Assembly: GCF_006345805.1 (NCBI RefSeq)
Contig: NC_043016.1
Span: 15,004,001 to 15,068,000, forward strand
DNA length: 64,000 nt
Direction: 5' to 3'
Source of the DNA: Octopus sinensis
Lineage: Eukaryota
Both the position numbers and the translations under genes were made by a program. The stretch's first letter is position 1, and every line of letters begins with the position of its first letter. This document shows, in pieces, positions 50,561 through 63,074 of this stretch. Under the pieces are notes generated by a model. The model saw only the letters and a program-made list of their open reading frames with translations, was not told where the DNA came from and did not search any database.

Positions 50561-52616
50561 AATAATAATAATAATAACCACAACCATGTCTATGCATAAT
50601 ATGGATACTTGTGTCACATAAAAACTCCCTTGTTGGTACCATGATGTAAAAAGCACTCAGTATACTCTGTACATTCTTTTATTGTGGTTGGCATTAGGGA
50701 GGGCATCCAGCCATAGCAATTATGGCAAAACAGGCGAATGGAGCCTGGTGCAACTCTCCAGCTTTCCAGCTGCTGCCAAACTGTTCAACCCATGCCAGCA
50801 TGGAAAACAGATGTTAAACGATCATGATGATGATCATCATGATCACGAAAGCTGATCTGCAGACAGACAGATCCTTACATACTCACACACACATAGATAT
50901 TCAGTGATACTAACACACAAGCAATGACAAAGAGTTACATTCACACCTACCCTCTCAAATATGTTACCTCACATCTACCTCGATAAAACTTTCAACAGTT
51001 CTCTATTTATATTACTGTAAGTTTCCAAATTCACTCATACAACACAGCTGCTGCAATCCTGTTGCTTATTTTCTTGTAAACTTTTCATATCTTTTATCAA
51101 TTTTCTTTTTATTGATTAAGAGTATTGATGACTTATTTTTGTGTGTGTGTGTGTGAAAATTATGTAAATATATTAAAAATTGAAATAATCTGAAACGTTC
51201 ATAACTACATGTTTCTTAGTTTTATTAGGTTACGTGTCAGGTAAAATACAGGTGTGGATGAAAGTTGTGGGGGTTTTGTCTGCAATAAATAAACCAAGAG
51301 GACAAAGTGTATCAAAACGTTTTGTGACCATATTTTGTAATGAAATACAGTATCCATCATCATCATCATCATTTAGCATCCACTTTCCATGCTAGCATGG
51401 GTTGGACGGTTCAACTGGGGTCTGGGAAGCCAGAAGGCTGCACCAGGCCCAGTTAGATCTGGCAATGTTTCTACGGCTGGATGCCCTTCCTAACGCCTTC
51501 CTAACGTCATGTGTTTCAAATAATTTTGGTTACAATCAACAATTTGTTTGGTCTTAGTAGAATAACTAACTTCTTTAATAATCCTTTCTACTGAAGGCAC
51601 AAGTCCTGAAATTTAAGGGGAGGGGGACTAGTTGATTACATCGACCCCAGTGTCTTACTGGTACTTAATTTATTGACCCTGAAAGGACGAAAGGCAGAGT
51701 TGACTTCAGTGGAATTTGAACTCAGAATGTAGTGGCGGGTGAAATACCACAAAGCATTTCATCCAGCAGGTTAACGATTTTGCCAGCTTGCCACCTTTAA
51801 TAATAATAATAATAATAATAATAAATGGTAGTACCATAGACATTCCACAACCCATTTAGTGGTACAGTGTCAACAATAAACATTTCCACACTTGGTAATT
51901 ATATCCTGTTGTATTTTTCATAAGACTTTGGTTAATTTCTTGGAAATCTTATTTCTCCTTTTCAGTTAATTTTTCTCTTCTAGCCTACATTCTCAGTCTA
52001 GCTTGTGCCAAATATTCTTGCCTATCATTATTGTTCATATTGTTAAGGTGGCAAGCTGGCAGAATTGTTAGCACGCCGGGCGAAATGCTTAACAATATTT
52101 CGTCTGGGGTCGACTTAGACTTTCATCCTTTTTTTTAGGGTGGGGGTCGATAATTTAAGCACCAGTTATGCACTGGGGTCGATGAAATCGACTAGCCCCC
52201 TCCATTGTTTATACTGTTCATATTTCTTGATTAATGATTCTTATTCTTTACCTATTAACTCTAGCTTTATTGTTCATCATATGACACCTCCTGACCCCAT
52301 TTCTCACCTTACTTTCATTCCTTTCCTCCAGAATTAATGCCTCTTGTTGTTCCCGATTCTCCTCTCTTTGTTTCTAATTCTTATTTCTTTCTTTTGCCCT
52401 TTTCCTAATCTTTTCTTCTACCTTCTCTGCCTTTCTCACTTCAATTCTCCAAGATCATTGTCCATCACAATACACTAAGCTCTATTTCAGTAATGGAATA
52501 ATTCTGGAAGCACTCAATATTACACACTTGCTGATACCTGTATCCAGGGTGTACCATTACACATCTTTTACAAAGGAAGTTAGGAATGTCTGATGTTCTA
52601 ACTAATCATTCACCTA

Positions 52617-52771
52617 GTAGTAGTAGTAGTAGTAGTAGTAGCAGCAGCAGTAACAGTAGTGGTTATGGTAGTGGTAGTAGTATTAGCAGCAGTAGCAGTA
52701 ACAGTTGTTGTTATGGTAGTGGTAGTAGTAGCAGTAGTAGCAGCAGTAGTAGTAGTAGTAGTAGTAGTAGT

Positions 52772-52803
<32 letters not shown>

Positions 52804-52905
52804 TAGAGCAGCAGCAGTAGTAGTAGTAGTATTAGTAGTAGTAGAGCAGCAGTAGTAGTTGTAGTAGTAGTAGCAGTAGTAGCAGCAGCACTAGTAGTAG
52901 TAGTA
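52617..52905 (+). repeat. Compound (AGT)/(AGC)n microsatellite
   Basis: Direct reading; lies about 130 bp upstream of the PEP mutase exon 3 acceptor. Confidence 0.95.
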
Positions 52906-53035
52906 GAAGAAGAATAAGAAGCTGCCGTTTTTGTTACTTTTCTAGTGAATTCTGTTGATTTGTTGCTAAATTAGTATATTTTTAAAAAGTGGAAATTGAT
53001 TTAATTTGTTGGGTTTTTATTTTCTAATTAAACAG

Positions 53036-53132
53036 AAAACAACACAATTAAAACAGATGCTGCTTTCAAAAGAACTTGAATTCATCATGGAAGGCCACAA
53101 TGGATTGAGTGCTCGAATAGTTCAAGAAACTG
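53036..53132 (+). CDS. PEPM: PEP mutase exon 3
   Basis: aaacAG acceptor, GTaacg donor, 97 nt. Reads [32 protein letters not shown], with the PEP mutase/ICL-family E(A/G)HNGLSA motif. Confidence 0.95.
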
Positions 53133-55004
53133 GTAACGTATATTTTTAATTTGCTGTCGTAATTACTGAGTGGTCTTGGTTATCTCTACTTCAGCAGATT
53201 AAAGTCTAAAGACCCCCCCTTCGGTCATGAATGACCATGGAATTACACCTAGAAAGTTCCCCACCAATGCACAAGTCTAGGCAAGGTTGTTTATCGATGA
53301 ACAGCAGTCACCCATGCATGCCAGCCTCACCTCTCCATGCCATTATATGTATGTAGTGTAAAGGGTAATGACCCGCTTCGGTCATGAATGACCATGGGAT
53401 TGCACCTAGACAGTTCCCCTCCAAAGTACAAATTCAGGCAAAGTTCTTTATGGAAGACCATCAGTTATCCATGCATACCAGCATCCCTTCTCCATGCCAT
53501 TGACCTTATCCAAGAGAAAGACGAAGGCTGACACAGCTTGGCACCAGTGACATCGCAACTCATTTCTACAGCTGAATGAACTAGAGGAATGTGAAATATA
53601 GTGTCTTGCTCAAGAACACAACACACAGCCTGGTCAGGGAATCAAACTCACAACCTCATATTTTATGGCCAGAGTAGAAGAAAATTAAAAGACATTTAAA
53701 GACACGTTCCACTCATCTCAACAATTGTGCCTCAAAACATGGTCAGTTATGCCAGTCATTGCTATCATGGTGAAAATGTGGCTGTGCCACATGTTATATT
53801 TTGGAGAATTCTCTACATTTATAGAGAGATTAAGACTACTTAACTATGTTGATGTTATTGGAACTGACATAAAACGTAAAGTTAAGGACATGGCAAAGTT
53901 AATGGGGTGCTGAGGTTCATGGAAGGGCATAGTAAGATGCATTTTGGCTGTAGCTGTTTCAAGAAGATACATGTGTGTGTGTGTGTGTGTGTGTGTAGTT
54001 TTGAAGTTGTAGAAAACCCTTACATTTGTTGAGTTAAATTTTGGTCAAACTACCCTTTGAAATTAATAATCAATTAAATTAAACAAATTAATAGATAATG
54101 AAATTTTTTTTAAATGCATGGCACCTTGGACAAGTGTCTTCTACTATAGCCTGGAGCCAACCAAAGCCTTGTGAGTGGATTTGGTAGATGGAAACTGAAA
54201 GAAGCCTGTTGTATTTGTGTGTGTCTGTGTGTGTGTTTGTTCCCCCACTATTGCTTGACAACCGATGTTGGTGTGTTTATATCCCCGTAACTTAGTGGTT
54301 CGGCAAAAGAGAATGATAGAATAAGTACTAAGATTACAAAGAATAAGTCTTGGGGTCGATTTGTTCGACTAAAGGCAGTGCTCCAGCATGGCTGCAGTCA
54401 GATGACTGAAACAAATTAAAAGAATAAAGAATTACAAAATTTCGAAAGCAGATTCTTTTTCCAGATAAATGCAAACATGAACTGCAAAAGCGGAAACCAA
54501 TTCTATTGTGCAGACTGCCCCATCTGCAAAGAAAATGCCATTCCTCAGATTAGAAAATCTCTTTGTGAACAGAAAAGAGCATATCAACAGCAGATTAAAC
54601 AAACGGAATTACAGGGGAATTCCATATTGTGACCATTTAGAAATCTGGGGGGGGGGGGACGACAAATTCAGGATTTTCTCATTCTTTAAATGCCCAAGGA
54701 ATAACCCAAAATACAAGAAAGAAATGGAAAAACATTTAATCTGAAAATTTATTCCAAAATTTAACACATCATCAACATCATCATTATCATCATCATCATC
54801 ATCATTTAATGTGTGCTTTCCATGCTGACATGGATTGGACTGACACATAAAACAGATAATTTTATTTATAGAAAAAGAATTTTATCAAAAAAATGTCTTT
54901 TCCAGATGAACCAAACTAACTTCCCACCAGATGTTAATGTTGTAATTGTTGTTGCTGATAGTATAACAAGTCACTGCAAAAAAGATTTTTTTAAACAATT
55001 ACCA

Positions 55005-55322
55005 TGCACACACACATACACACATGTAAATACACATACATATGTAAATTCACACACATACATATGCAAGCACACAGACACACACATATGTAAATACACA
55101 CATACATATGTAAATACACGCATACATATGCAAACACACACATACATATGCAAAATGCACACACATACATATGTAAATACATACACATACATATATAAAT
55201 ACATACATACATATGCAAACACACACACATACACATGCACACACACATACATATGCAAACACACACACATACACATGCAAAACACACACACACACACTTA
55301 CACACACACACACACATGTATA
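55005..55322 (+). repeat. Compound CA/TA microsatellite
   Basis: Repeated acacacatacatatg(c/t)aaa units; explains the long HT/VC ORFs in the track. Confidence 0.9.
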
Positions 55323-55559
55323 TATCTATTATATTTTACTTGTTTTTCAGCAACTGGAGTGCTGCCAGGCGGGAGCACTGCCTGGCTACACACATTGGTG
55401 ACTCTCACCTTACTAACTGCAGACCTATGCATGGCTTGCACACCTCTCGCTAACCATTCATCTATCCCTAGCTTCTGCATTGCCCACCAGATAGAGCAGT
55501 GGGGGAGAGATTTCCAATTATAGGTGGTGGGGCAGAAATGGGTGAGTGCATCTCAAATA

Positions 55560-55880
55560 AGGAAAGGCAGTAGGATTGCTCCTTTCTGAAATAGAGGATA
55601 TGATACAACATTCAAAGGTATTTTGAATCGATGTCAAGCCTTTGTCGCCTTGTTTCCATTTAAGGTAGAGGTGGTCTACATCACTGTTGATGTGGAAATT
55701 ATGTGTACTGGTTAGTAACAACGGCTTGGATCTCATCAAGCATCCAGTCAAGCAGTCGAAATGTTGGATATGATTACTGGCACTGCAAGCACATTGTGGG
55801 CCACTGTTTTACTGAATGCAGAAAGTTCTGAGGTCCAAACTTTCTTTATTCGGCTGTAATATTCTTTGGTGACATGTGTT
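55560..55880 (-). mobile_element. R4/Dong-like LINE fragment
   Basis: Minus-strand LLTSTHNFHINSDVDHLYLKWKQGDKGLTSIQ resembles the post-RT HPxxDxxRLYxxRxxGGRGL segment of the other two copies. Confidence 0.6.
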
Positions 55881-56759
55881 TTGTTACAGGTACCATTGTA
55901 AGATGTGTGTGTGTGTGTGTGAGTGAGTGAGAGAGAGAGAGAGAGACAGCTGTGTAGATGTTTATTGCATCAGAAAAGTTGTTTGCAGTAAGAGATTTGT
56001 GTTGATTCACTTGGAATAACTTGGAATGTTATTAATAAATGTATTGATTTAACACCGCCAAGAAGTAAAGAGTCTTTACTAAGTTGTATTTAATAAATGA
56101 TTCAAGTCAAAAGAAAGCAGGAACATATATTTGTTCTTCAAACATATTTGACTTCTTTTATTATTTTATATTGATCTTAGTCATTGGACTGCTTAAATGC
56201 TGTGGACCATCTCAAACAGTTCACAGTAACATCAACAATAGTTACAATACCCTGAAACAAATGTTGCTATCTCTTCATGGTCCTGTTTTTCTAATTCCCT
56301 AACCCCAAGTCAAACTTTGTTGAACAAACCTATGGTCAAATATGTTTCATCCACATTTGTCTTTTATTTTTTTTTAGGATATTTTTGGGTATATGTAAAA
56401 CTACATTAGATTATATTGTGCCACATACACTATACCTAATTATCGGGAGAACAGGCAGATTGGTTCCATATGTAGACAAGGTGTAGTAGAATTCCCATAT
56501 GGTGTACTCAGTGCAAACTATAGACATATAAGAGGTGTGATGAAATCAATAGAAGATTAATAGAGAATGTGGAATTTGTCTTTGTCAAATGTGCAGGAGC
56601 AATAAATGATAAGAGCACAAAGGAAATGGATGTTCTGAAATGCTGAGGAGTAGTAGATATTTTCTGTAACCTAAGTGAGGAGGATGCTCTGAAAGTATGG
56701 CTGCTAGAATACTAATTGGCTGGAGAAAGTTTAGAGAACTTTTACTTCTGTTGGTAAAG

Positions 56760-57140
56760 AAAGGTCACTCTCTCAGAATTATAGGCAGATTGTATGATGC
56801 TTGTGTAATGAAGAGCAAAGCTACATGTCTGTGATACTTGGGTTGAGAAAGCAGAGAACATGTGAAGGCTTGAAAGAAATGGATGTGCAATGACAGTGTG
56901 CTTAGAGAAAAATAAGGCATAAAAGACATCAGATGTGGTTTGCAGGAGAGAAGACTGGACTGGTGTGATCATGTGATGCAAATGGATGAAGACAGTTGTA
57001 TAAAGAAGTGCAGATCATTAAACATGGAAGGAATTTGTGGAAGAGGGCGACCGAGGAAGATAGACAAAGTGGTGCAAACTGACCTCAAGATGTTGAGCTT
57101 CTCAGAGGAGATTTAAGGCTGAGATGATTAATGTTGTGCT
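56760..57140 (+). mobile_element. RTE LINE C-terminal fragment; a second RT fragment lies on the minus strand at about 55380-55510
   Basis: ggcagattgtatgatgcttgtgta...gcatcagatgtgg...gaagactggactgg parallels 48715-49050. The minus-strand KLGIDEWLARGVQAMHRSAVSKVRV parallels KLRIDKWLVRAVQAMYRDAVSKVRV. Confidence 0.65.
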
Positions 57141-58356
57141 GTGCTTGATAAGACCCATCCATCTCAGTAGAACTGAGGGTCTGTCAAGCCTTCCCCCATA
57201 ACTCATTTTCTGTTTCCTTCACTTTCTTCTACACTGAACTGATGTCCTCTGCATCCAATTCATTCCCCTTTTCAAATCATCTCTCACACTATTTTCACTC
57301 TGTACACTTACCTACACATCCACCTTTTCCCCTCTTTTAACCTATTCTCTCTCATATTCCTGTTGTACCTGGGCCTCACATATCTTTCTCTCTCTCATTT
57401 TCCAGGTAGGCAAGCCCATGCATTCACCTCTTCAGCAAGACATCTGCCCCTCTCCCTCTGTCCCAGTTTCTTATTCCTCCAGTCTATACCCTGCTCACTC
57501 GAGTGGGGGAATCTTACCTTGCAAGTACTTGGTGACCTCAATGGTGCTGGTACCACATAAGAAGCACTCAATACACTCTGGTCAAGTGGTTGACATTAAA
57601 AAGGGCATCTGGCTGCAGAAACCATGCCAAAGAAGATACAGAAGATGGTGGAAACCTCCTGGCTCATCTGTTCTTGTTCAACTATCCAACCCATGCCAGT
57701 ATGGGAAAAGAGATATTAAAGGATAATGATGATGATCATGATGACTTCTATGACGACAGCACTGCCACCACCACTGCCACCTTGGTTGGAATGTCTATGA
57801 TCATTAGTCTGCAAGTCCACTACTGATTTGCACAACTTATCAACGGTTTTCTAATGAAATTCCAAGTTGCTGAAATCACTTTTACTTACATCAGCAGAAC
57901 ATTTATATAATTATGACAATTTTTAATTATAAAATTATATTATGAAACACAATACCAACCATCGAGGCATTTGCTTAATATTCAATAGACCATGTGTGTT
58001 TTTCTTATAGTATTTTGTTAGAGAAATAGTCATTCAGCTACTTTTATACATGTACAATGTCTATATTCCTTGATCAAATGAGCCTTGAGAAGATTATATT
58101 TCACTTATGAGGTCTAATAAGATAGAAACATTCATTGCTGTCTCCCTTGTTTATGAGTGAAGATCAGATTTTCCTCAAAAATAAGTAAATTGAATTTTAT
58201 GTAAAATTAGTTCTTAATTTCTTGGACATGTTTTCCCCCTTCTTTGGGAGCTGACAACAGATGCCATTAGGTTTTTGATTACTTTCTTCAACTAATTTTC
58301 AGTCTATTAAGAATTTATGGTGTATATTTAGTGAATCATGAAAATTACATTAAATC

Positions 58357-59259
58357 TACAAAGTAGTATCAACAAGTTCCCGGACTAGTTATGTTTAATA
58401 AAAAATGACTCATTTTCCTAAGTTTTAACATCATCTTCTTTGAAATAGTCACCTTGTACAGCAATACACCTGTCCCAGCATTCCTGCCAGTTTTAGAATC
58501 TGGCCCAGAAGTCATTTTCCATTTGAAGACCTTCTATATTTTGCTCTGGATTTCAAAAATAGTGTTAAAGTGGTGACCTTTGAGCTTAACTTCATCTTGG
58601 GAAAGAGATGGAAGTTCTACAGGTGCTAAATCTGGCAAATTGGGTGGGTGCAGAAGTGATGCCATGTTGTTTTTGGTGAGAAATTCACAAGTGAGGAGAG
58701 CTTGGTGACAGGATGGCATTGTTATTGTGAAGAATCCAATTCATCACAGATGTTAGGATTGCCTGCACAGCCCCAAATGACAAACAAACAACACCAGCAA
58801 TATCATTGATTCTCCTCTGGCAATCCCATGCACAAGATGATGAATGTTCTCCACATTTCTAAGAGTGATGTCATTGGCAGGTCTTCCTCATCATCTTCCA
58901 GAGATATTCTTCTGCTTTTGAAGTACCAATGCCACTTGAAACATTGCATACAACCCATTGCCTCATCACCATGAGCTTGCCAAAACATACTCAATGTCTT
59001 TGTAGCAGACTCCCCAAGTTTAACACAAAATTTCACATTGGCTCTTTGTTCCAACTTCCTGTCCATAGCACAAATTGCAGACTACAGCAGACATGTGATC
59101 ACAAAATCACAAATTTCAAAGTAAACACAATGATGTCACTCAGCACACCACTGCCTCATGAAGGTCACTGCAAGCTTTCACTGTGCACACAACCAGGTGC
59201 TGTCATCTGTTAGCCTGCTACTGAACTAGTCCGGGAACTTTTTGATATCACATCATATA
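58357..59259 (-). mobile_element. Internally deleted mariner transposon with TIRs
   Basis: TIRs atca(a/c)aaagttcccggactagt at both ends. Minus strand reads MDRKLEQRANVKFCVKLGESATKTLSM at the N-terminus and LLHPPNLPDLAP, a decayed YSPDLAP motif, near the C-terminus. Confidence 0.8.
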
Positions 59260-59596
59260 CTAGCTATATTCTTAATTAACATACAAATACATTAACATTA
59301 TGTTGATTTCAAATTTTGGCACAAGGCCAGCAATTTCAAGAGAGGGAACTAGTTGATTATATCAACCCCGGTTACTGGTACTTATTTTATTAATCCCAAA
59401 AAGATGAAAGGTAAAACCAATCTCAGCAGAATTTGAATTCCATAAAGACAGATGAAAGACCTCTAAGCATTTTATCTGGCAAACTAACAATTCTACCAGC
59501 TAGCCTTCTTGCACTAACATTATATTACGAATGTATAACCTCCTTGTTAACCCTCTTAATTAATATCAACAATATATTACCCTAGCTCAGCTTAAT

Positions 59597-59734
59597 ACAG
59601 TTCTATATTTAAGTGATGAGGAATTATTTACATTATTTACAATTGACGGATATTTGTCCTCATCTTGTTTGTTGCTAACACAACATTTCGGTTGATATAC
59701 CCTCCAGCCTTCATCAGTAACCTGAATAATAATG

Positions 59735-59765
<31 letters not shown>

Positions 59766-59927
59766 TAACAGCAACAACAACGAAGAATACGTTAGGAATG
59801 AGAACCCAGGTTTGAAGTTTCCCCAAGACACCTGATGAAGGCTGGAGGGTATAACAGCAGAAATGTTGTGTGAACAACAAACAAGATGAGGACAGATATC
59901 CGTCAAATGTAAATAATGTAAATAATC
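59597..59927. mobile_element. Penelope-like inverted termini flanking an (AAT)n tract, with minimal hammerhead-like cores
   Basis: 59624-59717 and 59832-59927 are about 93-bp inverted repeats with few mismatches. Both carry CTGATGAAGGCTG...CA(G/A)C(A/C)GAAATGTTGTG. Confidence 0.55.
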
Positions 59928-60617
59928 TAGCTTAGCTTGTTATGAAAATTTCCAGTGCAGTTGCACATTGAAGAAGTTGAGGATCTGAAATGTGTATATA
60001 ATAAAGAATAACATGTGACATTCATTTCATTAAATTTTGATATTGTGTCGCATGTTTAATTGACAAAAGATTTCTCACGGCCAATGCTTTGAAGTGGAGT
60101 GGCTTTAAGAAAAGATATAATAAAACAGTTCTATTAAGATGCAGCTTGCTTTCTTAATTTTAAGAAATAGTTTCAAGAAATATGTGTTTGAAGTCTTAAA
60201 CATGTGAATAGTTGTGCTACACCTGTTTTTTTTTTTTTTCACACTTATTATTTCACCCGTTTTAAATAACAAGCTAATGGAAAAAATCAGTTTAAATAGT
60301 TGTTTGATCTACCAGAAACATCAGCCAAATGTTCAAACCACATCCTACTGTCATAAAAAATTAAAGACACTTTTACTAATATATTCTGTGAAAATATGTT
60401 GGAATGATCATAGCCAGACTGTGATTTGTCATCCCATTGTCCCTAATCAGCACTGACCTTGGGTTAAACAGTACTTTGATCTTTGAAAATTCATTCCAGA
60501 TTTTATTTTCCATGGGTCTTTAAATAAAGTAAATATTTTGAAAGATTAAGTTATTTTATATTAATTAAAAATATTATTTTTGTTTATTGTATGTTTTTTT
60601 TTCTTTCTATTTGTTAG

Positions 60618-60830
60618 GTTTCAAGGGGATTTGGGGCAGTGGGCTTTCAATTTCTGCTCAGCTTGGAGTCCGTGACAGCAACGAGGCATCATGGACCCAA
60701 GTCCTTGATGTTGTAGAATATATGTCAGATGCTACCGATATCCCAATTTTATTAGATGCAGACACAGGCTATGGCAATTTCAATAATGCCCGACGACTTG
60801 TCAAAAAATTGGAAGAGCGAGGCATAGCAG
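60618..60830 (+). CDS. PEPM: PEP mutase exon 4
   Basis: ttgttAG acceptor, GTaaat donor, 213 nt. Reads (G)[70 protein letters not shown], with intact WGSGL, RDS and DADTGYG motifs. Confidence 0.97.
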
Positions 60831-61469
60831 GTAAATAATCAACAAAATACCTTTTTCTAATGACTTCTTATCATTGACAATTGCTATTGTATGATAGTAA
60901 GTTCTTGGAGAATTAAACTTGGGATGTAGTTTTGTTCATATTTGAAACTAATTTATGTTGATAACGACTTGTAAAAGACTTTGAACTATAACTTTTCCCA
61001 TTCCATTGTTAATCTTTTATGATGCATACTTCTGTTGGTGCCACTAATTTTATGTTTGCTTTATCACCAAATGTGTGTCATTTATTTTCATTCATTTATT
61101 TTATTTCAAGAATTTTCAAAGAACCTGACATGTAATTCTTATTTTCACATAAATTGTCTTCTAAAATAAGCAATAGCTAAGATAGTGAAGATTTAGACCC
61201 ACATCAACTGCAACTAGTCCAGCTCCAGATGTAATGTGCAAGATCAAAAGGTAGCACCTGTCGTTTGTCCAGTGTAAGGAATCTTTATCATCCATTTCAG
61301 TTTGTGTCTTGGATGTTCATCCCAATTTAACTGCAATAAAAAATAACCAAATAAAAAAGATATACCAAAGGAACTCCTCAATACAAACGCTCAGTTTTCT
61401 TATGGAAGAAAAATGGAAAAGATTTTGGACACCAAAGTGTGATAATGAACCGTATTTAGTGATACTAAC

Positions 61470-62362
61470 TGCCATGGTTTGGGGATTTAATCTCATTACA
61501 TACCATCTTAAGCAAATGTTTTTGGCCCTTTTGACTTCGCAGGGTCTTGTGAAGGAAATTTAGTAGATGTAAACTGTGTAAAAACATTTTAGCGAGGCAG
61601 TTCCTGTTCTTGGGTTGTAGATGTAATCCAACATCCAGTTTAATGCCAGCATCTGGCCATTGGATACTTGTGAAATTCATTTTGTTGTAAACATTCTTCA
61701 AATCAGTCTTCTCACAGATTATGGCCTCTGTCACGAAATCTCCTATGAGCTGTTTCTCCTTCAACCAAACCATCAACAGCTTCTCCATATTTTCATGGAT
61801 AGATGTCTACTGTTTAGAAATTGTTTTAACACCCTTGACTGGCGTTACAGCCTTTATCGATTCCTCCTGCTTCAGTATGGTGCAAATCATAGAAGTGCTA
61901 CACTCATACTGCTTCGTTGTGTCAACTACACACCTTGATCATGTTTTTTGATAATTTCTTTCTTTAATTCAAAGCTCATTGTCCACTTCTTCGTACCCAC
62001 TGTCCTTCGCACTCACTCTCTACGGACCCATGGTTTCTAAAACAAAGTTTTGCAAAATAACTGCAAGCACAACACTGATGCTTCTGTGGCCTGCAATGAC
62101 TAATTAAGCATTTTAGCACCTGTCTAGCTAACGATCTTTGCACTTGCTAACATGCATCTCTATCGAGCTATAAGACACAGGATGCTGGGCAGATGTCATG
62201 GTGTTCACTGTGGTGTGCGCTATGCCAACAAATGGTGGAGTATCTGAAGCTGGTTTGTAACCCAAATTTTAGTTTGCAACTCAAAGCAAAAAAATTGGCC
62301 AAGAGACAACACGTATCTCAAAAACTCGTTAGTTGGGACACTCGTAAGTCAAGGTACCACTG
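61470..62362 (-). mobile_element. Tigger/pogo-like DNA transposon 5' part (CENP-B-type HTH)
   Basis: Terminal cagtggtaccttgacttacgag on the minus strand. Decayed MGP...ELKKEIIKKH...ICTILKQEESIK...MEKLLMVWLKEKQLIGDFVTEAIICEK. Confidence 0.8.
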
Positions 62363-62973
62363 TGTATTATATATATATATATATAATATATATATATATA
62401 ATATATATATATATATATAAAATGCAAGCAAGGCTGTGTGGTAAGAAGTTTGTTCCCTAACCACATGGTTCTGTGTCCAGCCTCTGGCTAACCGAAGCCT
62501 TGAGAGTGGATCTGATAGATGGAAACTGAAAGAAGCCCATCATATGTGGGGGTGGGTGGCTGGATGTCTTTATGGTTGTATCTGTCCCCCATTATCACTT
62601 GACAACCAATATTGGTTTGTTTATTTCCCTTTAACTCCGTTGTTTGGCAAACAGATGCTGGAATAAGTAGCAGACTTAACTAAGAAAAGTAAGAAATTAG
62701 GGTCAATTTCTTCATCTAATCCCTTCAGGGACGTGCTCCCGCATGGCCACTGTGCAATGACTAAATCAAGTAAAGGATAAAAGATGTTATACTTATATAA
62801 GAAACACTGGACCACTAATTCCGTTCAATCTAACTCACAGTTTATTGAAGGAGTAGTTATTTCTTTCATAATCTTAAGTTAGTTTCATTTTTCTTCACAC
62901 ATTTTACCACATATTTCTTTGTAAAGATAATTGTTTCCACCTACATATTGTTTTTCTTTGTTTGCCTTTACAG

Positions 62974-63074
62974 GTGCTTGTATTGAAGACAAATTATTCC
63001 CTAAAACAAATTCTTTATTAGATGGAAGAGTTCAACCATTGGCAGATATTGAAGAATTTTCTCTTAAGATCAAG
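62974..63074 (+). CDS. PEPM: PEP mutase exon 5 (gene continues beyond the window)
   Basis: tttacAG acceptor, GTattg donor, 101 nt. Reads (G)[33 protein letters not shown] and contains the EDKxxxxxNS motif that separates PEP mutases from other ICL-superfamily enzymes. Confidence 0.97.

Noticed and set aside
52586-52855. Poly-Ser ORF
   Set aside because: Translation of an AGT/AGC microsatellite within an intron.
54813-55523. 236-aa His/Thr-rich ORF and the overlapping Val/Cys-rich antisense ORFs
   Set aside because: Artefacts of a CA/TA compound microsatellite. The same applies to the many YIYI/THTH/VCVC ORFs in the track.
60587-60617. Hydrophobic N-terminus [10 protein letters not shown] of the tracked ORF as a signal peptide
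   Set aside because: It is the intron polypyrimidine tract; the exon starts at 60618. The same applies to the tracked ORF starts at 62931 and 10511.
53036-63074. PEP mutase as bacterial contamination or a recent horizontal transfer
   Set aside because: The coding sequence is split by canonical GT-AG introns filled with the same host repeats as the rest of the window.
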